Assembly: GCA_038087875.1 (NCBI GenBank) | Contig: CM075989.1 | Location: forward strand, 12,836,001-12,900,000 | DNA length: 64,000 nt | Direction of reading: 5' to 3' | Origin: Malacoraja senta | Taxonomy: Eukaryota | Shown: positions 13,501 to 25,775 of the stretch, piece by piece | How positions within the stretch are numbered: position 1 is the first letter of the stretch | How the letters are laid out: the number at the start of each line of letters is the position of its first letter | Program-made: the position numbers and the translations under genes | Notes under the pieces: model-generated | What the model was told of the DNA's origin: nothing | Seen by the model: only the letters and a program-made list of their open reading frames with translations | Databases searched by the model: none

Positions 13501-14809
13501 ACTCCTAGTTCTGGAAATGTGGAGACTAAACACAATTATAAAAGGGTTTCATGAGCATCACTGCTTTTGCTTTCTTGCGATGAACAGAATGGAACAGCTT
13601 TATTTGTGCTGAGTCCAAGGCAGTAATTGGAATGGAATTGTCCAGAGGGATCAACTTCCCAGAAATCCTTCTCAGCCTGGCGATCCATTAGATTTGTTAA
13701 GAAGAATCATTAATGAGGCTGGAATTGGAAACACATCAGTCGGTTCCAATTATACACTTCAATGTGAGAGGTTACTCTAAGCAGATCTTGTTACTTCTTT
13801 ATAATGAGAACCATGTGATTATAGCTTTTAAGTGCTCAGCCTGATTCCCACAAGTGGGCTTTCACAGCTGATTGTACTGGTGTATTGATGGAAGTGGTTA
13901 GCAACCCTTCACTGTTGTAACTTATCCTTTGGAAACTGTAGCTCCGTAGATTAAAGAGTTCCATTGTAACAGCTGCCGCAGATCTACTGTTATAGGGTCG
14001 TTGTTCCTTTTTTATGTCACCTTTCATCTGAGCTTGGTGCTTGGAAATCCTGGCTGCTAACTCACTCAATTGTACTTGGGAAGATTTAGTTCTTGCTGAC
14101 TGTGTCTGGATTATTTTGGAGCATACGCCGGCACGCCCCCACACTTGTGCAGACCATGGAAAATGTATGGTTCTGTCTAGGGTTTTGGATATGCAGTGGC
14201 CTTCATTGTATTGGCTTACAAAATGAGTGCCTGGAATATATACAAGCTCCAGAATCCATGAAAGTTGTGAACATTGGCAGGCAAGTCCTGCAAAGAGAAA
14301 AGCAAAGCTAATGATTCTGGTCAATGACCTTTCATCAGATGTATATATTTTTTAATGAATTACTTTAATTTAAATCAAACCCAATTTAAAAAGACCTTTT
14401 ATCAGATTACTAAATCAAAAAAAATATATATTTTTTTAATTTTAATTTAAAGCACCACCTTTCCACAAAGTTCCAATTTAAAACAAATTGACCTAATTTC
14501 TTGTTTCTTCATTCACAGAAGTTGGCTGACCGGCTGAGTATTTCAAATATGTTCTGATTTAGTTTTGGGTTTGTAACATCTGCAATATTTTCCTTGTGGA
14601 AATAGTGGTTGTGTTGTCCAATAGCAATGTGCAAAGTAAACTCATTTAACATGGAAGGTACACAAAAATGCTGGAGAAACTCAGCGGGTGCAGCAGCATC
14701 TATGGAGCGAAGGAAATAGGCATCAATGAAACAAAGCAGAGTTGGGTGAGTTATCATCTGCTGAGTTCCTCCAGCAGGCTTGTATTTGTGTGTTTTAGGG
14801 GGAAAATGA

Positions 14810-15049
14810 CCTGATCAAAATGACTCCTGGATGTTTCCCTTATATAATTATACCAGGATAAAATATGGTGCGATAAATTATCCAGAGATTCATTGTCAGC
14901 AATACGTTACCCTGGGGTCAATTACTTTGGGCTTAATAACTGTGGGATTCATTGCCTTGGGATCTATTGTTGAGATTAGCTATCAATCTGTCAATCCTTT
15001 CCGTGTCCGGGCCGGGTGAGGTTTCCCGTGTTGGGTCAAATTAAGCTGC

Positions 15050-15098
<49 letters not shown>

Positions 15099-16870
15099 TT
15101 TGCAACCATACTCCCCCCAGAACCCAAAGACTTTGGTTTCCCGGAAGCTTGTTTAAAGCTTGTTCCATAATCCTTGTTTAAATTATCCCAAGATTTATTC
15201 TGGGATCATTTACCTTTGTATAAATTGCCCTAGGAAAAATTAACACAAATGACTCTGGATTTCATGATCCTGTAATTAATCCCCCCCCCCCTTTCAGGAA
15301 CTTTCAGGAACTGGAACTAGCATTCCAGTTCCTGAAACAAAGGTCCAATGTCCACTATGGAGTAGAGGTGCACTGGACAGGACTCTAGCTCATGGAAGGG
15401 CCATTTAGAAGCTTGATAACAGAGGGGAAGAAGCCGTTCCTGAGTCTGGTATTGCGCGCTTTTAAGCTTTTTGCAGACGGGCGCAGGGAGAAAATGGAAT
15501 GACCGGGATGGGACGTCTTTCATTATGTAGGCTGCTTTTTCAAGGCAGTGTAATTTGTAGATGGAGTCAGTGATAGGAAATCTGGTCAGTGCGATGTTCT
15601 AGGCTACATCTACTACTCCCGGCAATTTTTTGCGGTCTTGAGCAGAGCTGTTCCCTAACCAAGCTGTGATGCAACCCAACAATATGTTTTCTATGGTGCG
15701 TCTGTAGAACTTTGTATGAGTCAATGAAAATATGTTAAATTTCCTCAGTCTTCTAGAGGCATTGGTGTCTTGGCTGTCGCATCAATGTGGTTGGTCTACA
15801 ACTGATGGTTGGTATAACTAAAGAAGTTGAACTTTGAACCATTTCCACTTCTGCACCATGGATGCCGATTGGGGCATGTACCCCACCATGCTTCCTGAAG
15901 TAAATAACTAGCTCCTTTCTCTTGCTGACATTGAGGGAGAAGTTATTGTCCTGACACCATGTAACTAAATTCTCTATCTCCTTCCAGTGCTCCGTCTCAT
16001 CATTGTTTGTGATCAAGCCCACCACAGTGGTTTCACCTGCAAATTGGTAGGTGGGAGTCAGAGCTGAATTTGGCTATGCAGTCACGAGTATCTGAGGAGT
16101 ATAGTAGGGGACTGAGAACGCATTTTGTGTTTTCTGACACAGAGACCGAAATCAGTGAGGATAGGTGACAGCACCTCCTCCACAATAATCCCCAACAACA
16201 TGCCCCACAAGGATGCATCTCAGTCCATTACACCAGGACAAATTATCCTGTGATTCTAGGATTCATTACACACTGGATTCGTAATGCAGGGATTATACAC
16301 CTTGGCATAAATTGCTTTGGGAAAAAATACTTTAGAGAAATTCCTTTAATTATGCTGATATGCAAAACCTGAAAGTCATGACAGTGGGATCAAATTCCCG
16401 TCCAGAATTACCTTCCAATAAATTACTCTGGGAATTCATTTACCTGGAGATTTATTTTCCTAGGAATTCAATTTCCTGGTTTCATTGCTATTAACCTGGG
16501 TTAATTACCTTGGGCTATCTCGCCCTAGGATTTGTTATTCCAAGATTCATTTTCCTGGGATTCATTATTCAGGAATCCATTAACCTGGAAATAAAATACA
16601 CGGACAGATTATTCTGAGATAATTTATCTTGGGACAACTTGAATTAGGAAGAAATACCTCAAGTAAATTACCCAGGGATTTATTTATTATCCTGGGTTGA
16701 ATCTCTTATGGAATCCTACTCTGACAATAAATACCAGAGATAGATTATATCATGATTCATAATGATAGAATAAATATTATCCAGGGATTCACTATCTTGA
16801 TATAAATTACTCTGATATAAAATTCTTAGGATAAATCAAGCTAGACTTCATTATCTGGTAATAATAATTA
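14810..16870. repeat. Degenerate AT-rich satellite (ataaattaccctggga/ttcattatcc-like short units), interrupted by an 18S fragment and a LINE
   Basis: Recurring aaatta(c/t)c...gggattcatt motifs at 14810-15270 and 16230-16870. Confidence 0.5.
14978..15149 (-). pseudogene. Isolated 172-bp fragment of 18S rRNA
   Basis: Reverse complement contains universal SSU motifs AAACTTAAAGGAATTGACGGAAGGGCACCACCAGGAGTGGAGCCTGC and GGATTGACAGATTGATAGCT. No flanking rDNA. Confidence 0.93.
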
Positions 16871-18659
16871 TTATAATGTAATCCAAGTTAACAAAATCCC
16901 AGCACAATTTATTGCTAGGTAATTTAAGTTTAGTAAATGTCACAGTATTGAATATTATCTGCTAATTACCATATAATATTCAATACTGTGAGAGTGTTCA
17001 ATATTGTGACATTTACTAAACTTAAATCACCCAGCTATAAATTGTGCTGGGATTCCGATAACTTGGATTACACCGAAATAAATAAACATAGTAAATAGGA
17101 ACCCGAGTAGCAGTTCAGATCTTCAAGCCTGCTCCACCCATCAACATAGACACAAAAAGCTGGAGTAACTCAGCGGGACAAACAGCATCTCTTCAGTTTT
17201 CTGATTTCTTCAGAAGGAGGGTTTCGACCCGAAATGTCACCCATTCCTTTTCTCCAGAGATGCTGCCTGTCCCACTGAGTTACTCCAGCTTTTTGTGTCT
17301 ACTTTCGGTTTAAACCAGCATCTGCAGTTCCTTCCAACACCACCCATCAACATGTTCATTACTGATCATCCAAAGTCAAATCCTTTGCCAGCTTCCTCCC
17401 CACATCCCTGGATCCTCTCTCCGTCAGATAAATATCGAACTGCTTCTTGCACACGTTTAATGATGTGTCGAGTGCTTTATGTGGCAGAGCATTTCACATG
17501 TTTTCCACTCTTCCCATCTCAGTCCTAAATGGTTTACACCTATTCCTTGGACCGAGACCCCTGGACATGTCCTTTCGCAACATCCTTCCTGCCTCTACCT
17601 GAGTCTTTTAAACTTGACTGACAATGAATCTAATCGACCCAAATCTCCTCATACATCAGACGTGCTTTCCCGGAAATCAGACTGGTGGGACTTTGCTGAA
17701 CTTTCTCCTTAGAAATGGCATTTTTCCTCAGATATAGAGTCCATAACGGCACACAATATTTAAGATCTTGAACAACTGCAGCATGACGCCTGTGCTTCTA
17801 TATTCAAATATATTTACCATGAAGACTAACATACACTTTGTCACCATAACCATAATCTACTGAATTTGAGTGGTGGCAAGTCAATTGCAGGGTCCAGCAT
17901 TCTCCCTATACAAAATAATCTTAAAACTTATGGACTTGTGATCATTATCCCCCAAATGATCTTCCACGGCAACACCAATCACCTGGCCAGGCTCATTTCG
18001 GCTCATCCACTTATTGTTTATAAAAACCCTTTCTGGCTTAAGTCCTCCCTCCACCACCTCCAGTTTAAATTCCATTTGGAATATTTTGGAGGACCAAGAA
18101 ACCAAGAACCAAGAACTCTCTTGGTTACACTTCACAAATCCTGCCCCCTCTAACCCTTTGGCACTGAGCAACTAACTACTGGGGAAATTAAAGTCACCCA
18201 CAAAGACAACTCTTACAATAAGTCGTCACAGTTCTCCTGAGATGCTGCCTGATCTTTTGAGCTACTCCAGCACTTATTTTGTAAATCAGCATCTGCGGTT
18301 CCTCATTTCTACACCAAGCCAACACTGCTGGCTCATCTGTGGAGAGAAGGAATGGTTGACGTTTCGGGTCGAGACCCTTCTTCAGACTAGAATTATTGAA
18401 TTAGTTTAGGGGTCACGGGTTATAGGTAACATAACTGATAAGATGTGGGCCTCGGTCAAGGAAGTGGAGCTGAGGCCAAAAACAGAAGAGCCACGATCTC
18501 ATGAAGTGGGGCAGCAGACTGATGATGGGGCAGCAGCAGACTGATAATGGGGCAGTAGCAGACTGATGGGGCGGACGATCTTCCCCTGTTATTTCTGCTC
18601 TCTGTCCGTCGGGCTTTGCTGCCTTCTGATGCCGAGCTCCCACAGCTGTTGGCTCGGCT

Positions 18660-18823
18660 CAGCTTTTGATCAAAGGACCAGGTTTACAGCCCCCAGACCT
18701 TATATAAAGTCACGCCGAGAGTTCCGGAGCAGTCTAGCAGATGTCCTCGCCGATCAGCGAGACGTCGCCCTACCTTTCTGCAGCGTCTGACTTCAGACTG
18801 GAGCGGAGCCGGTGCGGGACGGG
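18660..18823 (+). promoter_or_regulatory. CILP: Candidate CILP core promoter and non-coding exon 1
   Basis: CpG-rich patch, TATATAAA at 18701-18708, splice donor GG|GTGAGT at 18824, nearby AGAC/GTCT boxes. CILP has a non-coding first exon in mammals. The assignment is inferred. Confidence 0.42.
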
Positions 18824-19558
18824 GTGAGTGGAGCGGGGACACCGGGTAAAAAGCGCTTGGGTATTGGCGAGTGCAACACAGCCGCAGCCAATCCAAGCTT
18901 CAATGCTGCAGACTGATGTTCCGCGGTAAAGCCATTGCCTCGCAGATTCAGCGACACTGGTTCGATCCCCATCTCCGGCGCTGCCTGTGTGGAGTTTGCA
19001 CGTCCGCCCATGTCTCAAAGACGTGCGGGTCTATGGGATAATTCGCCCTACAATGTGAGCGAGGGGTAGAATCCGGGGGGATTAATGAGAAGGTGGGCGA
19101 ATGTAAATTGGGATTCGGGTAGCTTTAGTGTTGGTCGGCATGAACTCGATGGCCCGAAGGGCCTGTCCCTTGGAAGCAGGTCGGTGGTGTCTGCGAATTC
19201 CCTGGTCCTATGAGAGAATATGTAAGGAGAGAATTGCTCTGAGAGCTGGCCTAGAATAGATGGGCCAAATGTCCTCCTTGTTTGGGTGTGAGGCTTGAGT
19301 GATTAAGGGTGGAAATGGCACCTGAGAGGAGGGTGCACACTCTGGGGCTTAAAACCCTTCCTCTGAGCTGAGGTTGGGACATGGGACAGAGATGGATGGA
19401 TGGCTCAAGTCATTCTTCCCAACAGCCATCAGGCTATTAAACACTGCAACCTCCTAATAAGCTCTGAACAACATCGACTTGGGGGCATTGTTTTTGTCTT
19501 TTTGCACTATTATTGTTTATTTGTTTTTTATGTGTAAGTGTGTGTGTGTATATATATA

Positions 19559-19589
<31 letters not shown>

Positions 19590-19618
19590 GTGTGTGTATG
19601 TATATGTGTGTGTATGTA

Positions 19619-21232
19619 CAATGGCTTGCAAAAGTATTCATACCCCTTGAACTTTTCCACATTTTGTCACGTTACAACCACAAACGTAAATGTATTTTAT
19701 TGGGATTTTATGTGATAGACCAACACAAAGTGGCACATAATTGTGAAGTGGAAGGAAAATGATACATGGTTTTCAATTTTTTTTACAAATAAAAAACTGA
19801 AAAGTGTCGCGTGCAAAAGTATTCAGCCCCCCTGAGTCAATACTTTGTAGAACCACCTTTCGCTGCAATTACAGCTGCAAGTCTTTTGGGGTATGTCTCT
19901 ACCAGCTTTGCACATCTAGAGACTGAAATTTTTGCCCATTCTTCTTTGCAAAATAGCTCAAGCTCAGTCAGATTGGATGGAGAGCGTTTGTGAACAGCAA
20001 TTTTCAAGTCTTGCCAGAGATTCTCAATTGGATTTAGGTCTGGACTTTGACTGGGCCATTCTAACACATGAATATGCTTTGATCTAAACCATTCCATTGT
20101 AGCTCTGGCTGTATGTTTAGGGTCGTTGTCCTGCTGGAAGGTGAACCTCCGCCCCAGTCTCAAGTCTTTTGCAGACTCTAACAGGTTTTCTTCCAAGATT
20201 GCCCTGTATTTGGCTCCATCCATCTTCCCATCAACTCGGACCAGCTTCCCTGTCCCAGCTGAAGAAAAGCATCCCCACAGCATGATGCTGCCACCACCAT
20301 GTTTCACAGTGGGGATGGTGTGTTCAGGGTGATGTGCAGTGTTAGGTTTCCGCCACACATAGCGTTTTGCATTTAGGCCAAAAACTTCAATTTAGGTCTC
20401 ATCTGACCGGAGCACCTTCCTCCACATGTTTGCTGTGTCCCCCACATGGCTTGTGGCAAACTGTAAACGGGACTTCTTATGGCTTTTTTTCAACAATGGC
20501 TTTCTTCTTGCCACTCTTCCATAAAGGCCCGATTTGTGGAGTGCACGACTAATAGTTGTCCTGTGGACAGATTCTCCCACCTCAGCTGTGGATCTCTGCA
20601 GCTCCTCCAGAGTTACCATGGGCCTCTTGGCTGCTTCTCTGATCAATGCTCTCCTTGCCCGGCCTGTCAGTTTAGGTGGACGGCCATGTCCTGGTAGGTT
20701 TGCAGTTGTGCCATACTCTTTCCATTTTCGGATGATGGATTGAACAGTGCTCCGTGAGATGTTCAAAGCTTGGGATATTTTTTATAACCTAACCCTGCTT
20801 TAAACTTCTCCACAACTTTATCCCTGACCTGTCTGGTGTATTCCTTGGGCTTCATGATGCTGTTTGTTCACTAATGTTCTCTAACAAACCTCTGAGGCCT
20901 TCACAGAACAGCTGTATTTATACTGAGATTAGATTACACACGTGGACTCTATTTACTAAGTAGGTGACTTCTGAAGGCAATTGGTTGCACTGGATTGTAT
21001 TTAGGGGTATCAGAGTAAAGGGGGCTGAATACTTTTGCACGCGACACTTTTCAGTTTTTTATTTGTAAAAAAATTTGAAAACCATGTATCATTTTCCTTC
21101 CACTTCACAATTATGCGCCACTTTGTGTTGGTCTATCACATAAAATCCCAATAAAATACATTTACGTTTGTGGTTGTAACGTGACAAAATGTGGAAAAGT
21201 TCAAGGGGTATGAATACTTTCGCAAGCCACTG
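19619..21232 (-). mobile_element. Full-length Tc1/mariner DNA transposon (1614 bp, about 213-bp TIRs of IR/DR type, TA target duplication)
   Basis: TA|CAATGGCTTGCAAAAGTATTCATACCCC...GGGGTATGAATACTTTCGCAAGCCACTG|TA. TIRs 19619-19831 and 21020-21232 differ at only about 4 positions. GCAAAAGTATTCA is repeated at both ends of each TIR. Confidence 0.97.
19837..20855 (-). pseudogene. Tc1 transposase (DD34E), inactivated
   Basis: MKPKEYTRQVRDKVVEKFKAGLGYKK... then a 1-nt deletion in an A-run near 20780. GRPPKL motif. SDET followed by in-frame TAA at 20392-20394. FQQDND-34aa-E (SPDLNPIE). Confidence 0.95.
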
Positions 21233-23262
21233 TATATGTATGTGTGTGTATATGTGTGTGTGTGTATGTGTATATATATGTGTGTGTGTGTGTATATGTG
21301 TGTGTGTATATATATGTGTGTTTGTATTTATATATGTATATGTGTATTTATGTATATATATGTGTGTGTATTTATGTATATATACACACAACAATTTTTC
21401 TCGTTTTTTATATTATTTTCTGTGTACTATGTTTACGTATTTTGTGCTGCTGCAAGTAAGAATTTCACTGTTCTGTCTGGGACATTTGATAATAAAACAC
21501 TTGACTCTTAAACAAAGTGGATGACTGGTTTCCACACCTTGTGAGCAATGTTGCTGGTCATGATTTCACATGGAATGTGGAGTGGGGGGGGGGGGGGGAG
21601 GGGAGGGGTCAAAGGGGATGCTGCACTTGGTCTGCAGACGCAGTAATGTCGCTGACCTTCTGTCGGACCTGATCAAAACCTACAGCAGATCCAAATAGAG
21701 AACAAAGGTCACATTGAGGAGACCCAGGAGGACAGGAATAGAGTGAGTGGTTAAATGATTGATGACACTTCGTGCAAAGAAAGGAGAAAATTCACAGTGT
21801 GTGAGGAAGATCAAGGGAAGGATGGGTCACATAGTCCCTGTGGCCATCCCATGTCCCACTACCCACAGCCAGTTCTTTCCTCTCTGCATCATTCAACCCC
21901 CCACCGACCACAGACCTTTTTTTAATCACAGCTCCAACTTTCTTTAAAGTTCCTGGTTCTTTAAATCACAAACATTTTTCAGCCCAAACACAGAGGCATA
22001 CTGTTAGATTCCAAAAGTGAAGAGCTGGTGTTTAGAACATAGAACAAGTAACAGTGCATTAAACGGTATAACATGAAGGGTCAATCTAAGATAGAAACCA
22101 CCGTGCACTTATTAATGTCTTAATACTCCCTGGGTTATGCACCAAAACATCACAGCCACCCAGTGAGAAATTAAAACTAATGAGGGTAACAGCATTGCCT
22201 TAAAATCAAGCATAAATGTGCACTCTTCGTAGCTTTCATGTAAACCATGTAAAAATGTCACAGTAATAACAGTTTTTATGTAAGTTTGTACTAACCCTTG
22301 TGGTTGTTGGTGGGTTAGAAGTTAAAATTGTGAAAACAGAACTCCACTCACTATAAGCCTGGATTTAATACAGCAGCCAATAAGCCAGTCCACTCTGAGG
22401 ATTGGTTAGTGTGAAGCAGTAAGCCATCATTAAACTCCATCAGCACCCCTCTCACACTGCCTGCTGGCACACTGCCACAATAACTAGACCCACTGCCTCA
22501 CTGCACTCGTGAACCAGGTTCAATCATAACCCTGGGTGCTGCCTGAGACTGTGTGGATTTTCCCAGATATTCCAGTTTCCTTCCACATCCCAAAGTTGTG
22601 CAGGTGGATTAGTTGTCCTCAGTGGAGCGAATGGCTGGAGAATTGAGGCACTGGTGTGTATGTGTGAGAGAGACTGGATTGCTGGGACACATGGGATTAT
22701 GGAACTGATGGGAATGCTCTGGAAGCTAGTATAGACTCAACGGACTGAATAACCTCCTTCTATGTCATGACAAAATAAAACTTCTGCCTCATTCACAGAC
22801 CCATTCCCACATCCTCAACAGATCCTTCTTTCAGCAGATATCAACACTGGGATAATCGTCCTTTATGTGCAGTAAACTTGGGAAACTTTAAGGGCTGCAC
22901 TTAAACTAAGCTATAAACCTCCTCTAGGTTGGAATGATTGTCACCCAGTCCTCCCTGAATACTATTTAATTCCTTGCACCAACTAATTTTCCTCCCAATT
23001 ACCACAATTTTAGAGCATAGCATATAAACAGTACAGGATAGGAACAGGTCCTTTGCCCCAAGATATTTCCCCCTCGCTCCCTCTATGTCCAGCACCCCCC
23101 CCCCCATGTCAGTGGGGGCATGTACAGCCAGTACAGTATTCTGTTTTAATTTTGTTTTTTTAGGGATCTGCTCTTGATGGTATTAAATGAGATTAGGTGT
23201 TGACATCTGAAGATCAGTGGTCTACAAAAACTCATCGCAGCTGTAGGAACAAAATTAAAGAG

Positions 23263-23323
23263 ATGGACTTAAACTGGGCTGCCACCCTGCTCCTCTTCGG
23301 GATGATCTGTGACACAGCACGAG
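23263..23323 (+). CDS. CILP: CILP first coding exon (signal peptide); exon acceptor at 23163/23164
   Basis: ATG...MDLNWAATLLLFGMICDTAR-G|gtgggt, 61 coding nt, phase 1. Hydrophobic signal peptide; preceded by tttgtttttttag acceptor. Confidence 0.8.
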
Positions 23324-24959
23324 GTGGGTGTTGGGCTCGCTCAGGAATTTCCTGACTTCTTCAAAACTTTTTGTTTGCAGGAAATGTTCTTATATTTTAT
23401 GCTGTCGTGAGTGTTTGGATTTAATTGGACAATCACCTGCTCTGTGAATATCTACCTCGCATTTAAGCCGGATTATCCTTCGAATTCTTTGAATCTTAAG
23501 AATCTTCATGATTTAAAGAACATAATTCAGGAGGAGGTTGGACACGTGGTCTCTTGGCACCAAATAGATTACAGTTTTTTTACTGGTAAACAAAAAATGC
23601 TGGAGAAACTCAGTGGGTGAGGCAGCATCTATGGAGAGAAGGAATAGGTGACCTTTCAGGTCGAGACCCTTCTTCAGACTGATGTCGGGTGGGGGGTCGT
23701 AGAGTCGGAGGGAAGGGGGAAATCATAGAGGGGGCCAGTGAGAGAGGATGATGCTAAACTATCTTCGGAGGGAGGAGGAGAACTTCTTCAAAGTAGACAT
23801 ACCTTGAGGAGATTTCGCTGTGGAGTCAATGAAATGTTTAAGAAAGAACTGCAGATGCCGGAAAAATCAAAGGCAGACAAAAGATGCCAGAGAAACTCAG
23901 TGGGTGAGGCAGCATCTATGGAGAGAAGGAATAGGCAATGCTTCGGGTCGAGACCCTTTTAGTTTATCTATTGACGAACACTCTCCTTCCCAAATCTATG
24001 AACTTGATCTCCCTCCCCCCCATTTCCAAAGCTTTCTCTTTCCTCAATGTAGCCAATATTGTTCCTCCGTTTAAGAAGGGCGATCTGTAAATGCATATAA
24101 AATGGTGAGGGGCATAGTTATGATGCATAGTTAGTCTTTTACACAGGTTCAAAATGTCAAATACTCGTGCATAGCTATAATGGTAAGAGGGGAAAAGTTT
24201 AAAGGGAACGTGCGTTGCAAGTTGTTTATATAAAGAATGAAAGGTACATAGAACCTGCTGCCAGGATAGGTGATGGAAGCAGACATGATTAATGACAATT
24301 AAGGGGCATTTAGTTAGGCAGATGAATGTGCAGGGAATGGAGGGGTATGGATCACGTGCAAAGAGATGGGATTAGTTTATTTGGTATCATGTTGTCTTGG
24401 ATGTTGTGGGCCTATGCCATACTGCTCTATGCTCTATGTCAAGCTTGACTGTACTCACTGACTCTGTAGCTCTCTGGGATAAAGTTTCTGACGATTCACT
24501 ACACTCTGATTAAGTGAACTCCTCTTCCTTTCAGTCCCAAATAGGCAATTCTCAATCTGAAACTATGACCCCTAGTTCTAGATTATTACACAAAGGTAAA
24601 CATAAGATAACTGGCTTCCCAGTCAAGAATTGCCGACCTTAAATAAAGAGGGCAAAACTGCTCAGAGCATTAAATGAGTGATCTGTATCATTCCCACACC
24701 TACCTGTCCATCTGCAATCTGACAGTGGAGAAGTGAAGGATGAACATGTTGGAGTGGGAATGGGAGGTGGAATTGAAACGATATGCAACCGGGAGCTCGG
24801 GACAGCCACTGTGAACAGAGTGCAGGTGCTTGGCAAATTGGACTATTGGTCTGCGCTTGGTCTCACTGCCTTCGAAGGTTTGTAGGTTAATTAGATGCAG
24901 TAAGTTGCCCCTAGCATGTAAGAGAGTGGATGAGAGAGTGGGATAACGTGAAACTAGTG

Positions 24960-25775
24960 TTTGATTTGATTTTTTTGATTTTGATTCAATTTATTGTCAT
25001 TGCACTTTTCAGTGCAACGAAATGGTTTAGCCTGCAGTCATAACATAGAATTAAATAACAAAAACACACACTCAACACAGTTTAACATCCACCACAGTGA
25101 GTCCACCAGGCACCTCCTCACTGTGATGGAAGGCAAAAAGTCCCAAAGTCCATGTCTCTTCCCTCCTTGCTCTCCCTCTGCGCTGAGGCGATCCAGGCCT
25201 CCGATGTTGTGACCCCGCCGGGTGGTGGTAAGTAAGTCCCGCGGCTGAATAGGAACGGGCCGGTTCAAACTCCGCGGCCCAGGGCGGTCGAAGCTGCCGC
25301 CCTCCAGTCCAGCGGACGCAGCTGTTGTTGCGGGAGCTACGGAAAAACAGGTCACCAACCTGTGACCTGCGCGCTCCCGACAATGTCGTCCACTGGCCTT
25401 CGCCGAGCCTCCGAGGCTCCGAAGTCGGGTCGGAAGTCGGGTCGCAAGGCCACCACAGCCCCGAAGTCGGCCAGCCCCGCGCTGGCAAGTCCCGGCTGGC
25501 TCTGCCTCCCGAGCCCCGAGGTCGGTCCCAGATGGAGGCCGCCAGCTCCGCGATAGGCCTCAGCGCAGACGGAGACGGAGACGGGGGATACGGCAAGAAA
25601 GGTCGCATCCCCCCCGAAGGAAGAGCCAAAAAACATGCTTCTCCCACCCCCCCACACATACACAACTAAAATAAACCAAAACAAACCGCAACAACTGGAC
25701 AAAAGAAAACAAAAAAAGAAAAGACAAACGGACTGCAGGCGAGCCGCAGCTGCAAGGCAGCGCCGCCACTTCTCA
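24960..25775 (-). mobile_element. GC-rich non-autonomous retroposon-like insertion with AATAAA and (TCAAA)n-like tail
   Basis: ttgatttgatttt...caatttattgtc at the left end (reverse polyA signal plus tandem tail). CpG-rich body; related GC-rich piece at about 49400-49800. Confidence 0.5.

Larger units (their letters stand above)
19420..21510 (+). mobile_element. 3' end of a Rex1-type LINE with an internal (TG/TA)n microsatellite, split by the Tc1 insertion
   Basis: ttcttcccaacagccatcaggct before the Tc1. gctgctgcaagtaagaatttc...taataaaacacttgactc after it; this tail recurs at about 12920, 54380 and 54720. Confidence 0.55.

Noticed and set aside
13836..14324. 162-aa ORF with a signal-peptide-like start
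   Set aside because: No recognisable domain or exon support; probably a chance ORF.
14978..15149. Functional rRNA gene
   Set aside because: Only 172 bp, with substitutions and no surrounding rDNA unit; recorded as a pseudogene fragment.
18515..18575. 21-bp tandem repeat (gcagactgatgatggggcagca) resembling a repeat array
   Set aside because: Plain minisatellite with no spacers; eukaryotic context, so not CRISPR.
21089..21524. Several Cys/Val/Tyr or His/Thr-rich ORFs
   Set aside because: Products of the TG/TA microsatellite and Tc1 TIR.
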